63,839 nt of DNA, filler included, from Octopus bimaculoides (GCF_001194135.2; 9 parts of 9 records of this genome joined end to end with filler, not necessarily neighbours in it); one strand, 5' to 3'. Positions 12,882 through 26,850 are shown, numbered from the whole stretch's first letter. Translations and numbers: made by a program. The notes: generated by a model from the sequence alone, not told the origin.

Positions 12882-14029
12882 TTAAATAGCATCTAATTAA
12901 TATGACAATTAAAGGATGTCGATATTATATATATATATATATATACACACACATAAACACATGCGAAGACACAGAAATACACGCACAGACACCCAAAAGC
13001 ACGGACCCTTACACAAGCGCGTTACTGATTCAGCTTAAGATTAAAAATTATATGATCGCTTGCATAAACATGTTAAGTACATAATAGGACGCTACCTACA
13101 CGCTGCATGGGCCTACCTAATTGAAGATAAGCAATTGATGCAAAATGTGATGTTTTTGTGAGTTTACTGGAGGTCTGTTCGTTGTGTAGTTAGTTTATGT
13201 GAATGAATTTATCTATATTCATATAGTTTTGTTGTCTGTAAAATGTTTAATGATGTGTGAGAAAATACGGTGTTATGCAGTACGTTAGTGTCATATGCAT
13301 TGTTGCAAGATGGTGTAGTGGTAACCAGTTTAATCGTCTCGGTAAGGAGGAGCAGCCAATAAGGAAGATAAATCATTATTCTTAGTGACAGCGTGAAGCT
13401 ACTGATCTGTGAATGGAATGAAATCCCAGATAAGAGGTACTAAATAATATAAGCAAAATTACCATGAACTAGCCTTTCAGTGCTGATGCTACGGATGTGC
13501 AGTACTACTAACTGCTAATGGAAGTTTTACAACATGAATATTTACACACACATATATATATATATATGTTTGTGTGTGTGTCTATATGTATATATATATA
13601 TATAAATACACATAGGAGTTCGGAGTGATTTGGTACTTATAAAACGAAGGAAAATGATGTCAGCAGAAAATGGAAAACTGTACCTCTTAAATTACTGCAG
13701 AGCGCCCTGTACCATTGCGCTAAACCGCACCTGAGAGTCGATACCGAATCTTATAATGTTAGGTAAAAAATCTTTCGGAATGGGAGAACATTTCTATAAA
13801 CAAAGATAGAAGCGTCAAGTCAAATTATTTTTTCATAAGAATGTTCTCACATCCCAAAAGCTAATATTTAGCTTTGTGAAAGATGGCAGTGTTCATTTAA
13901 TGCCAAGGTGCATTTCTGTCAGCCGGATTATGGGAGGTGTAGTCTTCTGTGGACTGTAATGCTGCTTGGCCGGATTTTCTTTTTTGTCTATAGGGGTATT
14001 TTAACCCGAATTCCTAAAAGTGTTTTCAC

Positions 14030-14175
14030 AATTATCTTCCTTTTCTTTTGGACTTTCCTCTGTTTCCTGTTTCAGAAGAACAGCGTTGTTCGAAACGTAA
14101 AATAATCTTTCTTTCCTTCCCTGAGCGTCTTAATACTTTGCATGTACCACATACTCGCGTTGTTTTTCCTTTCTT
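14030..14175 (+). repeat. Diverged copy of the pLTR-like repeat also seen inverted at 41655-41786 and 58035-58143
   Basis: GTTCGAAACGTAAAA..TTCCCTGAGCGTC.TAATAC resembles the reverse complement of the other copies. Confidence 0.5.
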
Positions 14176-14259
14176 GTGTTTTTTCTCCGTATTTTTGTTT
14201 TATTATATATATTCTTTTAATGGTTTTAGTCATTTATTTTCTTTCAGCATTGTTATCGC

Positions 14260-15300
14260 TTAATGGCTGGAAGTTCGTAAAAGCTGATCTTCCCCGAGTG
14301 TATCATTGAATTGTTGGCTGGTCCAATATGGTCGTTACGAATTAATCCAGTATTTCTGGAATGTTTCAGTAGAAGTCCTTTTCATATCTTTGGATACACC
14401 AAATATCAGAGTGGTACTATAGAATATTTTTGTTCGTGATTTCGAAGGTAGTATGTTTAAAAACTGACCGTTTTTAAATTAAAAGTTTTTTTTATTGCCG
14501 ATGTTAGGAACATATCCCTCCATGATTTTCCATACACTATACACATGCTAATATATATCGCTCTTAGGCGTTCAAAAGATTAGAGCGGCGGCCCTTTCAG
14601 CTGTTCATAATAACTAAGGATTTTAGTCGAAGTTAGTTTACGGGAGAACGTTCTTTTTAATCCTTCAGTCTCATCTATAAGACCGTTAGAGATTGGAAAC
14701 CAAAGCCGTGATTTAATCTACTCAGAGCTAAGGTTCTTGCCATTGTTTCAGCTCAACTACCAGTTCTCTCGACTCAAAGATTCGTAGTATCCATTCAAAG
14801 AGATGTTTGTAGCTACAGTTTAGTTTGGTGTTTTGGTGGATGAAAGATGCATCATTTGACATGATTGCTCCTAAGACCGTATATTATTAGTGCTCTGAAT
14901 CGTTGTGTTTCCAGGTGTCAAATAATGTGAGTTGTGTGTATTTCGATTCTAATGCAGAACCTAATATTTTGATGTGTTGAATTGCATATTGACCTTCTCT
15001 CAATATTTATGACGAATAATTAATATATGATCCATTTTGGTTCATTAAAGACGAATCTGGTTTTGTCAAGGTTTAATTGGCGAAGTAATAGATCTTGGGG
15101 TCAGACTTTATGTCCCCTACTGATGGGTGTTTCTTTAGAGATTTTGAGAGCCCGTACAATTGGGTTTTCTTTATACTCTTCTTTTATTTCCTTCGTAATC
15201 TCAACTCTTGAGAGAGCTTGGTTTTGAAGTTCGATTGCTAGTTGCGTTCTGCTACACATTAGTAGAGGTCTAGTAGGGATAAAGGGTTCACACACGCGTC
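14260..15300 (-). mobile_element. Highly decayed, internally deleted CR1-type LINE fragment
   Basis: Minus-strand remnants (A)VGDIKSDPKIYYFA, MQFNTSKY*VLH, LGAIMSNDASF, WILRIFESRE, VYSVWKIMEGYVPNIG match the linker and RT-tail motifs of the 52465-56230 element. Confidence 0.65.
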
Positions 15301-16879
15301 TGTGTCTGGAGTTAGCGAACTGTCATTCTTGAGAGTATTTCTTCTCTTCTCCTGATGTGTTGTCCGGTGCAATTCGGTAATCTTGATTTATTTTTTAGAG
15401 GCGAAAATAATATCAATAATCAGGAAGTTATGTTCTGCGATATCTCACATAAGTGTTATGTCTACGTTGTTCTTATACACACCCTGACCATTTTGCGTTC
15501 TATCCATTGGCTCGCAATTCATTCCAAAATTTGCACGCACACACACACACACACACACACACATAAAGTAGGAGTTTATGCTGTACATAATCATTAATAG
15601 GAATTGTAAAAAAAAACACCATCAGATTAATATGTTCATATGAATGCATTCATGCGTGTATGTACGTATCTATGTATTCATGTGTACACTATATTGCTTG
15701 CTTTTAACGTCAAATGTCCAACCCTTTCTCATTTTGTGATAATTACTTTTCTTTCTGATAACGGTCACCCAGATCTCGCCAAGCGTATACACACCCAAAC
15801 ATCTCGCACACAAAAAGATGATGGGATTTTGTGTATATATGTTTATATGTATATATGCGTCTATAAAGAGAAGAAGACACGGAGAAACAGTCTGATTGAT
15901 TGATTGGATAATTGATATAATTGTAAACTTGGTAGATATACGCATACATATAATGAAGACCAACATGTAAAACGGACACAAACATAGATATAAAAGTGAA
16001 ATGGTAAATGATATACAATGTCGTATTTTATGAATACTGTATCATAATCGCCACCTACCGACTGCTTGGAAGAGAATATAATAGCGCAAGGACAATCTAT
16101 GTACAATAAATAAGACAGGTTCACTTTCTATGTATAGAATAAATACATTTCTAATCATAGGTCTTATTTACAAAAGGTGCAAACTGTATAAGATAAGAGA
16201 AGGATGGCTAACACCGTAAAGTATGGAGAAAAGGAAAGCGACGAAAAGAAATGAGAAGATAATTAGACACAATGAATGAGATAGGATCCAGAAGGAGAAA
16301 ATATGATTTTGCTACATCACCCTGAGTCTCACCATTGGACGATAAAAAACATTAACAATATGACAATTTCTTGAAGACAGCTATGGAAAGGCTTTGAACA
16401 ATACATATGATAATATAATAGGAATCAAGAAAAGAAATTCGGCACACGTAAAGAATCAAATATGCAACACTTTTTAAAATTTCGTCAATGATAATGTATA
16501 CAAGTATAGAGTAATTGACTTTGAAAAATAAAAATTCATAAATAGAAATAGTTCTGCTAAGTAACAGAACAATTCATATCGCCATTAATGCAATAAATAC
16601 AACTTATGTAGCAATATAATAAGCTGCAACTATCCCATTAAAACTGTTAAAATCATGAAACGAAATAAAAATGATACGTGTAGTGTTTTCTAATTATTAA
16701 ATGAACCACTCGACTAAATAATCTAACAGTCATGAAACACAAGTAAGAAAATATTCAACTTTAGATGGACATATCTCCAACATAGCGATTAAACTCTTTA
16801 TATCGCTCACTCGGCGATTTTACTCTTTGTACACAATCAACCACACCAACAACGAATCCAACATTTATGTATAAAAAAA

Positions 16880-17280
16880 GTATACATTTCACAAATATTA
16901 TTTAATCACCTTCAAAACACTACCCTTGGGAGTTCACACACTTCTCTCGGCGGCCCTGCCACGGCTGGTAACTCATCCGGAAAAACCTTCTCTTGAATGT
17001 TATGGAGTTTCGCGACTTAAGTCTCTTCCCTTTCAATGTGAGTTTCGGTTTGGGGAAGGGAAAGAAGCCACATGGTGCCAAGCCGGGAGAGCATGGAACA
17101 TGTACAATAAGTGATGTGTTTCTTGACCGGCAAAGCTTGGATTATGTGGACGAATTGAGCGAAGGCACTGTCCTGGTAAAGTTGCCAAGTTTTCGCCTCT
17201 CAAAGGTCCGATCACTTTCAACCCACAGCATCATGAAGGCGACTTATAACTTGATCGTTTGACTTTGTGGTGCAACACCT
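16880..17280 (-). mobile_element. Mariner transposase C-terminal remnant
   Basis: Minus-strand HQDSAFAQ(HQDNAPAH-like) and QPWQGRREKCVNSQG*CFEGD* C-terminus. Confidence 0.75.
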
Positions 17281-17344
17281 TTAACCTGTCTCATCATCAA
17301 AGACGATGATCATCATAAAGTCTGGGTCATGGTTTGCACAATTC

Positions 17345-17468
17345 AGCAACTGGTACTTAATATATCGGCCCGAAAATGATGAAAGGTTAGGTCGACCTCA
17401 TCGGAGTTTGAACTCAGAACGTAAAGAAAAACGAAATACCGCTAATCATTTCACCCGGCGTGCTAAGA
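17345..17468 (-). mobile_element. SINE family A, partial
   Basis: Reverse complement of the 12003-12234 head and central domain. Confidence 0.75.
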
Positions 17469-19289
17469 AATGCAATTGATATTGATGACGACTTGATATC
17501 AGCATATGCAATATTAAGGAATTAAATTTGATAACTGATTTCGACACGAACATAAATACATTTTTTACACTCAAGTGAGAACAAGTGAAATGTTAGGCCA
17601 GTAGGAAATATAGGTGGGCCTATACTTAGATTTTTCATATTTATCAACTCGAAAATAATGGAAAGGAATTTCGACTTCAGCAGGATTTGACATGGAAGGG
17701 CAGAACTTTAAAATAAATCCACTATAAATTCCAATTACGAATTGACCGTATAAAGAAGTATATTCCTATTATTTTCATTAGAATATTTTTTGGTAGATAG
17801 TGGTGTCTCGAACTCTCATCGCTCCAATCATGAAGCTTGTCTACCTACGGTGAGTATATAGTTTCATCTCAGTTAACAAGATTTGTTTTGTATAGATATA
17901 ATAATTAATTAAATAGAAAACAAGCATACGTAACAACAACTTCATCCATGAAAACAAAACAACTATACACAGAGGCGTTAAAAGTAAAGCAACATGTAAG
18001 AAGCCCAAAAATCTCTTTAAAACATAACATACAAAATAGAACATCAACATATTAGTCACAGGTAGTCGTAGAATTCTTTCAAAAAAATGTACACGCGCAC
18101 GTGTAATTGAAGTAAACAAAAACATTTGAATTTTCTAAACAAATATACAATTCAAGAAGCACGTATATACGAGTGTGTGTGTGTGTGTGTGATTGTTTAG
18201 AATAACCGAAAAAACTTGTCTAAGCCCTTTTATGTAAATGCAGTTTATTTGCTGAGAGTAATTTATCCAGAACACGCGCAGTTCTGCGCGAAAAAGAAAA
18301 CCAACAACAACTCTTTCGCTAAGTGCGGGATTCATGCATATAATTCATCACGAACGAAACATAATGCGAACATTTATAAATATAAAGAACTCTCTTGATA
18401 TTCTTCTTTACAAATTCTTCGTAATTTCTTATTCAGTTTAATTTTATAGAATCTTTCTATTTAACGCTGTATTCGTGGCGTTTGTATTTCCGTATTTGTG
18501 TGGCAACTGGCTTGTTTGTTTAGATGTTTGCTTGTGATGTAGCACTCATTGAATATATATTATGTATATATATATATATNNNNNNNNNNNNNNNNNNNNN
18601 NNNNNNNNNNNNNNNNNNNNNNNNNNNNNNNNNNNNNNNNNNNNNNNNNNNNNNNNNNNNNNNNNNNNNNNNNNNNNNNNNNNNNNNNNNNNNNNNNNNN
18701 NNNNNNNNNNNNNNNNNNNNNNNNNNNNNNNNNNNNNNNNNNNNNNNNNNNNNNNNNNNNNNNNNNNNNNNNNNNNNNNNNNNNNNNNNNNNNNNNNNNN
18801 NNNNNNNNNNNNNNNNNNNNNNNNNNNNNNNNNNNNNNNNNNNNNNNNNNNNNNNNNNNNNNNNNNNNNNNNNNNNNNNNNNNNNNNNNNNNNNNNNNNN
18901 NNNNNNNNNNNNNNNNNNNNNNNNNNNNNNNNNNNNNNNNNNNNNNNNNNNNNNNNNNNNNNNNNNNNNNNNNNNNNNNNNNATATATATACATATATAT
19001 ATAAGTCATGGTGGGGTGATTATTCTTTATAGAAATATTCTTTATGTTTCATTGTTTTTTTTTTATATTGCAGCTAATTCCATTAATTTATTAGAGAGAC
19101 AGAACGAAATAAAAGGTTAGCAGTATGAGAAAGCGGCATGTTTTGCGTCGGTTATGTATTTGCTTCTTCTATTTTGTAGTAAAGAATCTGCGATGATTTT
19201 ACTGAGCGGAATAGAAAACAATAAGTACGAACGCAATACCAAGGAAATGGAAGAACCACAACAAAAACGACTATAGCAACGACGACATC

Positions 19290-19800
19290 AAGAAGAAGAA
19301 GAAGAAGAAGAAGAAGAAGAAGAAGAAGAAGAAGAAGAAGAAGAAGAAGAAGAAGGAGAGGAAGGAGAATAAGAAGAAGNNNNNNNNNNGAAGAAGAAGA
19401 AGAAGAAGAAGAAGAAGAAGAAGAAGAAGAAGAAGAAGAAGAAGAAGAAGAAGAAGAAGAAGAAGAAGAAGAAGAAGAAGAAGAAGAGAAAAGAATAGAA
19501 AGAAGAAAAGGAAGAGAAAGAAATCAAAGAAGTGAAAGAAGAGAAGTAGAAAAGAAGAGAAAATGAAAGGAAAGTAGAAAAAGAAGAGAAAGAAATGAAA
19601 GAAGTTGACAAGAAGAGAAAAAGAAGAGACAGAAGAAGAAAGTGAAGAGAAAGAGGAGAGAAAGAAGCAGAAAAAGAAGATAGAAAGAAGTAATAGAAGA
19701 GAAAAGAAAGCGAAAGAAATGAAAGATGAAGAAGATAAAGAAGAAAAGGAGTAGAGAGACCAAGAAGTTGAAGAAGAATGAAAAAAATGAGGAATAGTAT
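19290..19800. repeat. (GAA)n microsatellite grading into a polypurine tract
   Basis: Long GAA array with a short N gap, then degenerate A/G-rich sequence. Confidence 0.95.
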
Positions 19801-20202
19801 GAGGAAGAGGTCCAACAGCAGTTGGAGGAGAAAAATGAATCATATTGTACTTTATTTTATCAACCCGTATATGAATCAAACACGAAGCAGGAACAAATCC
19901 CGCTGAGTTTTTTGCCCTCCTGCACAGAAAATATTACTCAGGGACGGTCCATTTGGTGTCACTGGTCTTGCCTCTGTTGACCATCTTTTGATTAAAACAC
20001 TAGAAGGCAGTACTTCCCACTCTACCTCAACTTCCGATTCAAATGATATTTTAAGTAGTAATAGTAGTAGTAGTAATAATAATAATAGCAACAACAATAA
20101 CTATTAGTATCATTATTATCAGACAAGTAGTCATGATGGGTATAATGGGCTTCGTATATTTTCCCCAGTGTCACTTTGGTGGCATGCACTACTCTTTCAC
20201 TC

Positions 20203-20261
<59 letters not shown>

Positions 20262-20277
20262 TACTAATAGTTAGTAT

Positions 20278-20449
20278 CAGAAAATTGCACAGAAAATTGC
20301 ACTACTGGGTACTGCACACATTCTACGCAAAACACTTTCAATACAGTAAACATAAGAGCACCACAGCAAACCACAGCACATACCCAAGGCGCACAGAGCT
20401 GCGCTCGGTAGTGAAGTGAAAGCACGTTATAAAAATAAAACTACTGAAC
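20278..20449 (+). mobile_element. R4/Dong-clade 3' end fragment within (AAT)n
   Basis: QKIALLGTAHILRKTLSIQ* plus 3' UTR nearly identical to the 38240-38500 copy; (AAT)n at ~20203-20258 and after 20450. Confidence 0.8.
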
Positions 20450-20851
20450 AACAATAATAATAATAATAATAACAATGATGATGATGATGATGACGATGAT
20501 GATGATGATATTAACAGCAATAATATTTATTATTATAGTAGTTTCCATGATAGGCAGAAAACCTGGACGTTTCTGGTTGTTGGAGTTACAGGTGAATTAC
20601 AGGGACCCTAATAACTGATTGGTAGATAATTTATCGACCACGAAAGGATAACGAGTGGAATTTGAACCCAGAACGTAAAGGCTGGGATTTTCAGGGGACG
20701 GTTCCTTTTATCATATTGCCCTCATTACATAACATATACTGGACTCATATTTTTCATTAGTGCACATAGGATGACATGTCAAATTTGAACCAAGTACACA
20801 GGGACGGACAAAATTCCATCAAGCATTCGGTCGCGCGTGATAAAATTGGGA

Positions 20852-21050
20852 CGACGACGATGATGATGACGAGGATGAGGATGATGATGAGGAGGAGGAC
20901 GATGAGGATGATGATGACGACGACAACGACGACGACAAAGATGATGATGGTGATGATGATGATGATGATGATGATAATGGTGGTGGTGGTGGTTGTGGTG
21001 GTGATGATGATGATGGCAACGACATTGATCATGACGACTATGACGATGAA
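20852..21050. repeat. Compound trinucleotide microsatellite (GAC/GAT/GAG/GGT)
   Basis: Direct inspection; the overlapping ORFs are low-complexity artefacts. Confidence 0.9.
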
Positions 21051-21084
21051 ACATAAACTAATGTTTCAGTTATAAATAAGGCAT

Positions 21085-21285
21085 CAAGCTGACAGAATCG
21101 TTAACACACCGGACAAAATGCTTGGCGGTAGTTGTCTGTTTGTACGTTCAAAGTTCAAATTCTGCCGTGATAGATTTCTGCTTTTCATTATTTCGCAATC
21201 GATAAAATGAGTACCGATGGAGCACTCGTGTCCATGTAATCGAATTACCCCTCTCCTGAAATTGAAGCCTTGTGCCTATAGCCAA
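21085..21285 (+). mobile_element. SINE family A, diverged
   Basis: GCTGACAGAATCGTTAACACACCGG..GTTCAAATTCTGCC..TCGATAAAATGAGTACC, poly(A) tail. Confidence 0.65.
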
Positions 21286-22411
21286 AAAAAAAAAAAAAAA
21301 AAATTACTCCACTTATAAATAGCATTTTTTTTTTCTTTACTATTATCAAGAGAAAATCATGCAATATTAAACAGTTGCACAACGTGAAAATTCTCTTAAA
21401 ATAAAACTTTCGAAAACTTAGTAAAGGTGATGGTGGTGGTAGCATGAGAAGCAAGAAGAAGAAGACGTGAAGTGGTTGCTATAATAAAATGATAAGCTCA
21501 AGAGAAAAAAAAAATACCAAAAAAAAAACAAGAAAGCTATCAGAGCAAATTACATATTATAAGAATAACAACTATAAGAAAGATGGTGAAAAAAATATTA
21601 GCAATTATAATAGAGCGTGTATATTAGCTTTGTTAACAGATTCTTTTCCACATTTCCAAAGATATGTATGCGTATGTTGTGTGTATGCGTTCACGTACAC
21701 ACACACATACACACACACGCACAAACACACACACACAAACACACACACGTATATATATATATATAAATATANNNNNNNNNNNNNNNNNNNNNNNNNNNNN
21801 NNNNNNNNNNNNNNNNNNNNNNNNNNNNNNNNNNNNNNNNNNNNNNNNNNNNNNNNNNNNNNNNNNNNNNNNNNNNNNNNNNNNNNNNNNNNNNNNNNNN
21901 NNNNNNNNNNNNNNNNNNNNNNNNNNNNNNNNNNNNNNNNNNNNNNNNNNNNNNNNNNNNNNNNNNNNNNNNNNNNNNNNNNNNNNNNNNNNNNNNNNNN
22001 NNNNNTATATATATATATATATATATATATCGTTCATTCTTGATTAACTAATGTAAACAGCAGTTTGCAAATTGATGACCGGATATAAAATGCATGACAT
22101 GAATACCAATATATTCTTTGATAATATCCGTTTATTTTCCTTGCTTGTATTTTGCCTTTATTTATAAATGGTAAATGGGAAAATAAATTACATTTCTGGA
22201 AGGAGATGACGAAAGAAAATGCAGTTGACCGGCTATAAAATATACCGAGTCAGTTTATTCTTTCCTTAATAGAATATACAATTTGATATGTGAGCCATTA
22301 TGTATCTTAGTATGTATGTGTATACATCTACGCATGAATGCAAGCCGGTGTTTGCCTTCATGTATACCTATCCAACTATCTATTTATCTCTCAATCTATA
22401 TCAATCTATCC

Positions 22412-22443
<32 letters not shown>

Positions 22444-22577
22444 TTATATACGTATATACATATATATATATGTTTACTTATATATATACATGTGTATATA
22501 TATATTATATATATGTGAGTGCATATGTATTAGCTTATATATATATGCGTGGTTATGTATTAGTTACATATTTATCC

Positions 22578-22622
<45 letters not shown>

Positions 22623-23403
22623 NNNNNNNNNNNNNNNNNNNNNNNNNNNNNNNNNNNNNNNNNNNNNNNNNNNNNNNNNNNNNNNNNNNNNNNNNNNNNN
22701 NNNNNNNNNNNNNNNNNNNNNNNNNNNNNNNNNNNNNNNNNNNNNNNNNNNNNNNNNNNNNNNNNNNNNNNNNNNNNNNNNNNNNNNNNNNNNNNNNNNN
22801 NNNNNNNNNNNNNNNNNNNNNNNNNNNNNNNNNNNNNNNNNNNNNNNNNNNNNNNNNNNNNNNNNNNNNNNNNNNNNNNNNNNNNNNNNNNNNNNNNNNN
22901 NNNNNNNNNNNNNNNNNNNNNNNNNNNNNNNNNNNNNNNNNNNNNNNNNNNNNNNNNNNNNNNNNNNNNNNNNNNNNNNNNNNNNNNNNNNNNNNNNNNN
23001 NNNNNNNNNNNNNNNNNNNNNNNNNNNNNNNNNNNNNNNNNNNNNNNNNNNNNNNNNNNNNNNNNNNNNNNNNNNNNNNNNNNNNNNNNNNNNNNNNNNN
23101 NNNNNNNNNNNNNNNNNNNNNNNNNNNNNNNNNNNNNNNNNNNNNNNNNNNNNNNNNNNNNNNNNNNNNNNNNNNNNNNNNNNNNNNNNNNNNNNNNNNN
23201 NNNNNNNNNNNNNNNNNNNNNNNNNNNNNNNNNNNNNNNNNNNNNNNNNNNNNNNNNNNNNNNNNNNNNNNNNNNNNNNNNNNNNNNNNNNNNNNNNNNN
23301 NNNNNNNNNNNNNNNNNNNNNNNNNNNNNNNNNNNNNNNNNNNNNNNNNNNNNNNNNNNNNNNNNNNNNNNNNNNNNNNATATATATATATATATATATA
23401 TAT

Positions 23404-23690
23404 GAAGGCGCGTGGCTTAGTAGTTAGGGCAATTCGTGGCGACGCGTTGTGTCCTTGAACAAGACACTTCATTTCACGTTGCTTCAGTCTACTCACCTGG
23501 CAAAAATGAGTAGCACCTGCATTTCCAAGGTCTGTCCATTCCAGGTTGTGTGTCACGCTTAGTAATCCTGAATGCTACTTTAGGGATACACGTGCATGTG
23601 GATTGCTCAGTCACTTGCACGTTAATTTCATGAGCAAGCTGTTCCCTTGATCGTATCAACTGGGTTCTTCGTCGTAACCGAAGGAGTGGT
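23404..23690 (+). mobile_element. tRNA-derived SINE (family C)
   Basis: GGCGCGTGGCTTAGTAGTTAGGG head, TGTGTCCTTGAACAAGACACTT central block, 3' tail shared with the family B copy at ~3150-3260. Confidence 0.75.
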
Positions 23691-23725
23691 CCATATATAT
23701 ATCTAGTGTAAAATATCATGTGTAA

Positions 23726-23952
23726 AGCCAAAACTATGCGAAGTAAATGCAGGGTAAATCACAAGAAAACATATTTGTGACTTAATGTAGACTTACCTTG
23801 TATTCAATATTTCGGGGTTTTGACCACATTTCCAAGAAACTGATGTCGATTTTTTGAACATGGAGTCATAACCCCGAAATATTGAATACAAAGTAAGTTT
23901 ACGTTAAGTCACATATTTGTTTCCTTGTGATTTACCTCGCATTGTTTTGGCC
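23726..23952. repeat. Inverted repeat / MITE-like foldback (arms about 85-100 bp, spacer about 35 bp)
   Basis: Left arm GCCAAAAC..GGTAAATCACAAG.AAAC..AT.TGTGACTTAA.GTA.ACTTAC.TTGTATTCAATATTTCGGGGTT is the reverse complement of ~23862-23952. Confidence 0.85.
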
Positions 23953-24544
23953 ATACCCAGGATCTTTTGTACAATATATTTCCCACAACCTTTTTTAAAA
24001 TGTTATTTTATATAATATATGATCATTTCACAACAATATCGTATATTATACAATAGCTACGGGAAATTCTAGATTCATTTTGATTATGTTCCCTTTCAGA
24101 AGAGAGTGTTCACAAATTGTTTTGTGATATTTGGTACCAAATTGAATATATATATATTTATAAATAACATGACATGTTAGATTGACTAGTTTAAGCAAAT
24201 TGGCAACTGTGAAGACTTGTTTCTACCTCCACAGTCATATTCAATATGATAAGGTTCTTGTCTTCCCGTCAACAGGCAATAAAATTCGATACTTATTTAA
24301 CCTGGGTATTTTGCGTACATTAGACTAACATGAGACAAGAGACAAATTTTTAATTCAGCATGTATTTCAGTATAAAATTATATAAATTTATATAAAAAAA
24401 ACATTTAAAGTATATTGTTTTGTTTTTCCTTTTTTTTTTCTAAATTATGTGGTAATTTGTACCAAATCACAATCAGAAGACATGCTACTATGGTAAAGTG
24501 ACTGCCATTGTATGAATATATATGTGAGTATATATGTAGATGTT

Positions 24545-24575
<31 letters not shown>

Positions 24576-26466
24576 NNNNNNNNNNNNNNNNNNNNNNNNN
24601 NNNNNNNNNNNNNNNNNNNNNNNNNNNNNNNNNNNNNNNNNNNNNNNNNNNNNNNNNNNNNNNNNNNTATATAAGTATATGTATATATGAAGAAACGGAA
24701 TCATACCCATTTTTGTAATATATGTGCTATTTCTTTTTAATTAAAAGTCGAACTATGAAAATACTTGAAATTAGTTTTTATTGATAATACATTCAGAATC
24801 TGTTTATGCTGTATTCCATGAATAAACAGAACTAAAAAAACGAAAAAAAAAGTTAGAATTCAAGGCCAAGGGAGATAAATTATTTATTTACAAACATATA
24901 TGCTTGACAAAACTCATTTTAGTTTATGATTTGTACATAAGGAGTGCCACAGCGATAGACTCACCTCATCATCAGCAAGTGGCATATTATTTTTAGAAGG
25001 TAATCTGTATTTCTTTCTTCATGGCATTTAAAATTTGAAGTTTACTTAAGTTTGGGGGATGCTCTCCCCGCTCAGATTTATTCCACGGCTCTTGAAATGT
25101 CTATGTATACAACTCGTTACTGATTTAAAACTTTAATATTCCGAATACGTATTATCGTAGCCTCATATATCTACAGATCTAAAGATCAGATTAAGAAACT
25201 TGCCGTTCTATTCATTCTTATTCATTACCTCAAAATAGAACTTATCATCGCTTTAAACGGTGTTTCATTGTTCCATAGGATTAAATTGAATTAAACAAGG
25301 TTTTAAACCAATCTTGTATTTTTAGTTCACGCAACATTCTTTCCGCATTGCCTTCTTTCAGAGAATTATATACTGATTTGCATTTTTATTTTATTTACCT
25401 TAGTCAAACCTAGCGCCAATTTCTTACCCTCTTACTTTCAGTTATGCTCACAAACTATTTAAACTTATTACAATGCAAACTTTTATTTTTTCATTTCAGT
25501 TCAAGATACTATTAAAATATTTTCATTAACGTATAATTAATATAAAGATTACTTCAAGTAAACTGCTGTTCCACAATATCTAAACTTACTTTAATCTAAT
25601 TTTGATTCATTTTCCATCAACATGCTTTTGTCTGCTTAACTATATTATTTCTATGTTCATGTGTCAGGTCTGATGGAATGTAGAGTGGATTGTGGAGGTC
25701 GGTGAGTGTTATCTGCAGTCTTGTCCATCCGCAAATGTGCAGAATTTTAATTAGCTCATCCGAAAGTAACACTGTGTATTATATCAACCAACACTATCAT
25801 GCGTACTGCTTTATATTCCCCGTTGAGTTTATTTTTTGTGAACCCAAGAAAGATAAACTATAATAAAATCTACTGCTGGATTTGAACTTAGAAGGAAAAT
25901 AGCCCGCTAATATACCACTACTTATTATATCAGATGCTTTAAATCTCATTCAACTCACCGCTATTTGTTTTTGATAACAGCCCGTAATCCACTTACTTCT
26001 TAGAGAGCAGAAACCATTACGGATAACATTACCCTATTTCTTATTTTCAACTATTCCCGCTAAATACAATCTACATATAGCTAATTGTATCACTTCTTTA
26101 TTTTTATTGAACATTACTGACCGAAAATACCATAAGCCAGAACTATGTATCTTATCTATTCAAAAATAGTTATTTTAAATATCCAATCTAATTCATTGAA
26201 CTGAAGCTATATCAGTCAATCATTTTAATTGCAGTACTCTTCAAAGTAAGAGTTACCTTTAATCACGGGCTTTCAAATCTCTACATTTCTACACTTATTT
26301 GAATATTTCCTCCTCATTGGAAGACAATTGATCAACTTAAGTCACTAATATGTTATGTTATCAGGTTCTGTTCGATTAAATATGACATACTTTAATTTCC
26401 TTTCCTCGTCCATTTATTTTATAACCATAAAAGGTATAGACATAAGGGGATACGATATATATACAT

Positions 26467-26499
<33 letters not shown>

Positions 26500-26633
26500 G
26501 AGCTATTAATATTTCTAAGTCTCTCTAAGTCTTNNNNNNNNNNNNNNNNNNNNNNNNNNNNNNNNNNNNNNNNNNNNTTAATTAATTAANNNNNNNNNNN
26601 NNNNNNNNNNNNNNNNNNNNNNNNNNNNNNNNN

Positions 26634-26850
26634 GACCCTTTGAAATACAGGTACAACAGAAACAGGAATAAAGAGTGAGAGAAAACTGTGGTGAAAGTGT
26701 ACAGCAGGGTTCGCCGCCACCACCTGCCGGAGCCGCGTGGAGCTTGAGGTGTTTTCGCTCAATAAACACTCACAACGCCCAGTCTGGGAATCGAAACAGT
26801 GATCCTACGACCGCGAGTCCGCTGCTCAAACCGCGCGGGGCAATGCGCCC
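26634..26850 (-). mobile_element. tRNA-derived SINE (family B), 3' part lost in a gap
   Basis: Minus strand: GGCGCATTG..GCAGCGGACTCGCGGTCGTAGGATC..GTTTCGATTCCCAG head plus body shared with 2955-3270. Confidence 0.8.

Noticed and set aside
24170-24335. Possible MITE bounded by CATGTTAG / CTAACATG
   Set aside because: Only 8 bp of clean complementarity and no TSD identified.
26578-26589. TTAATTAATTAA flanked by N runs, repeated at 35574, 40821, 49155, 50512, 59755, 60885 and 62089
   Set aside because: Identical 12-mer always centred in N padding and encoding stops in all six frames: an artificial scaffolding linker, not biological.
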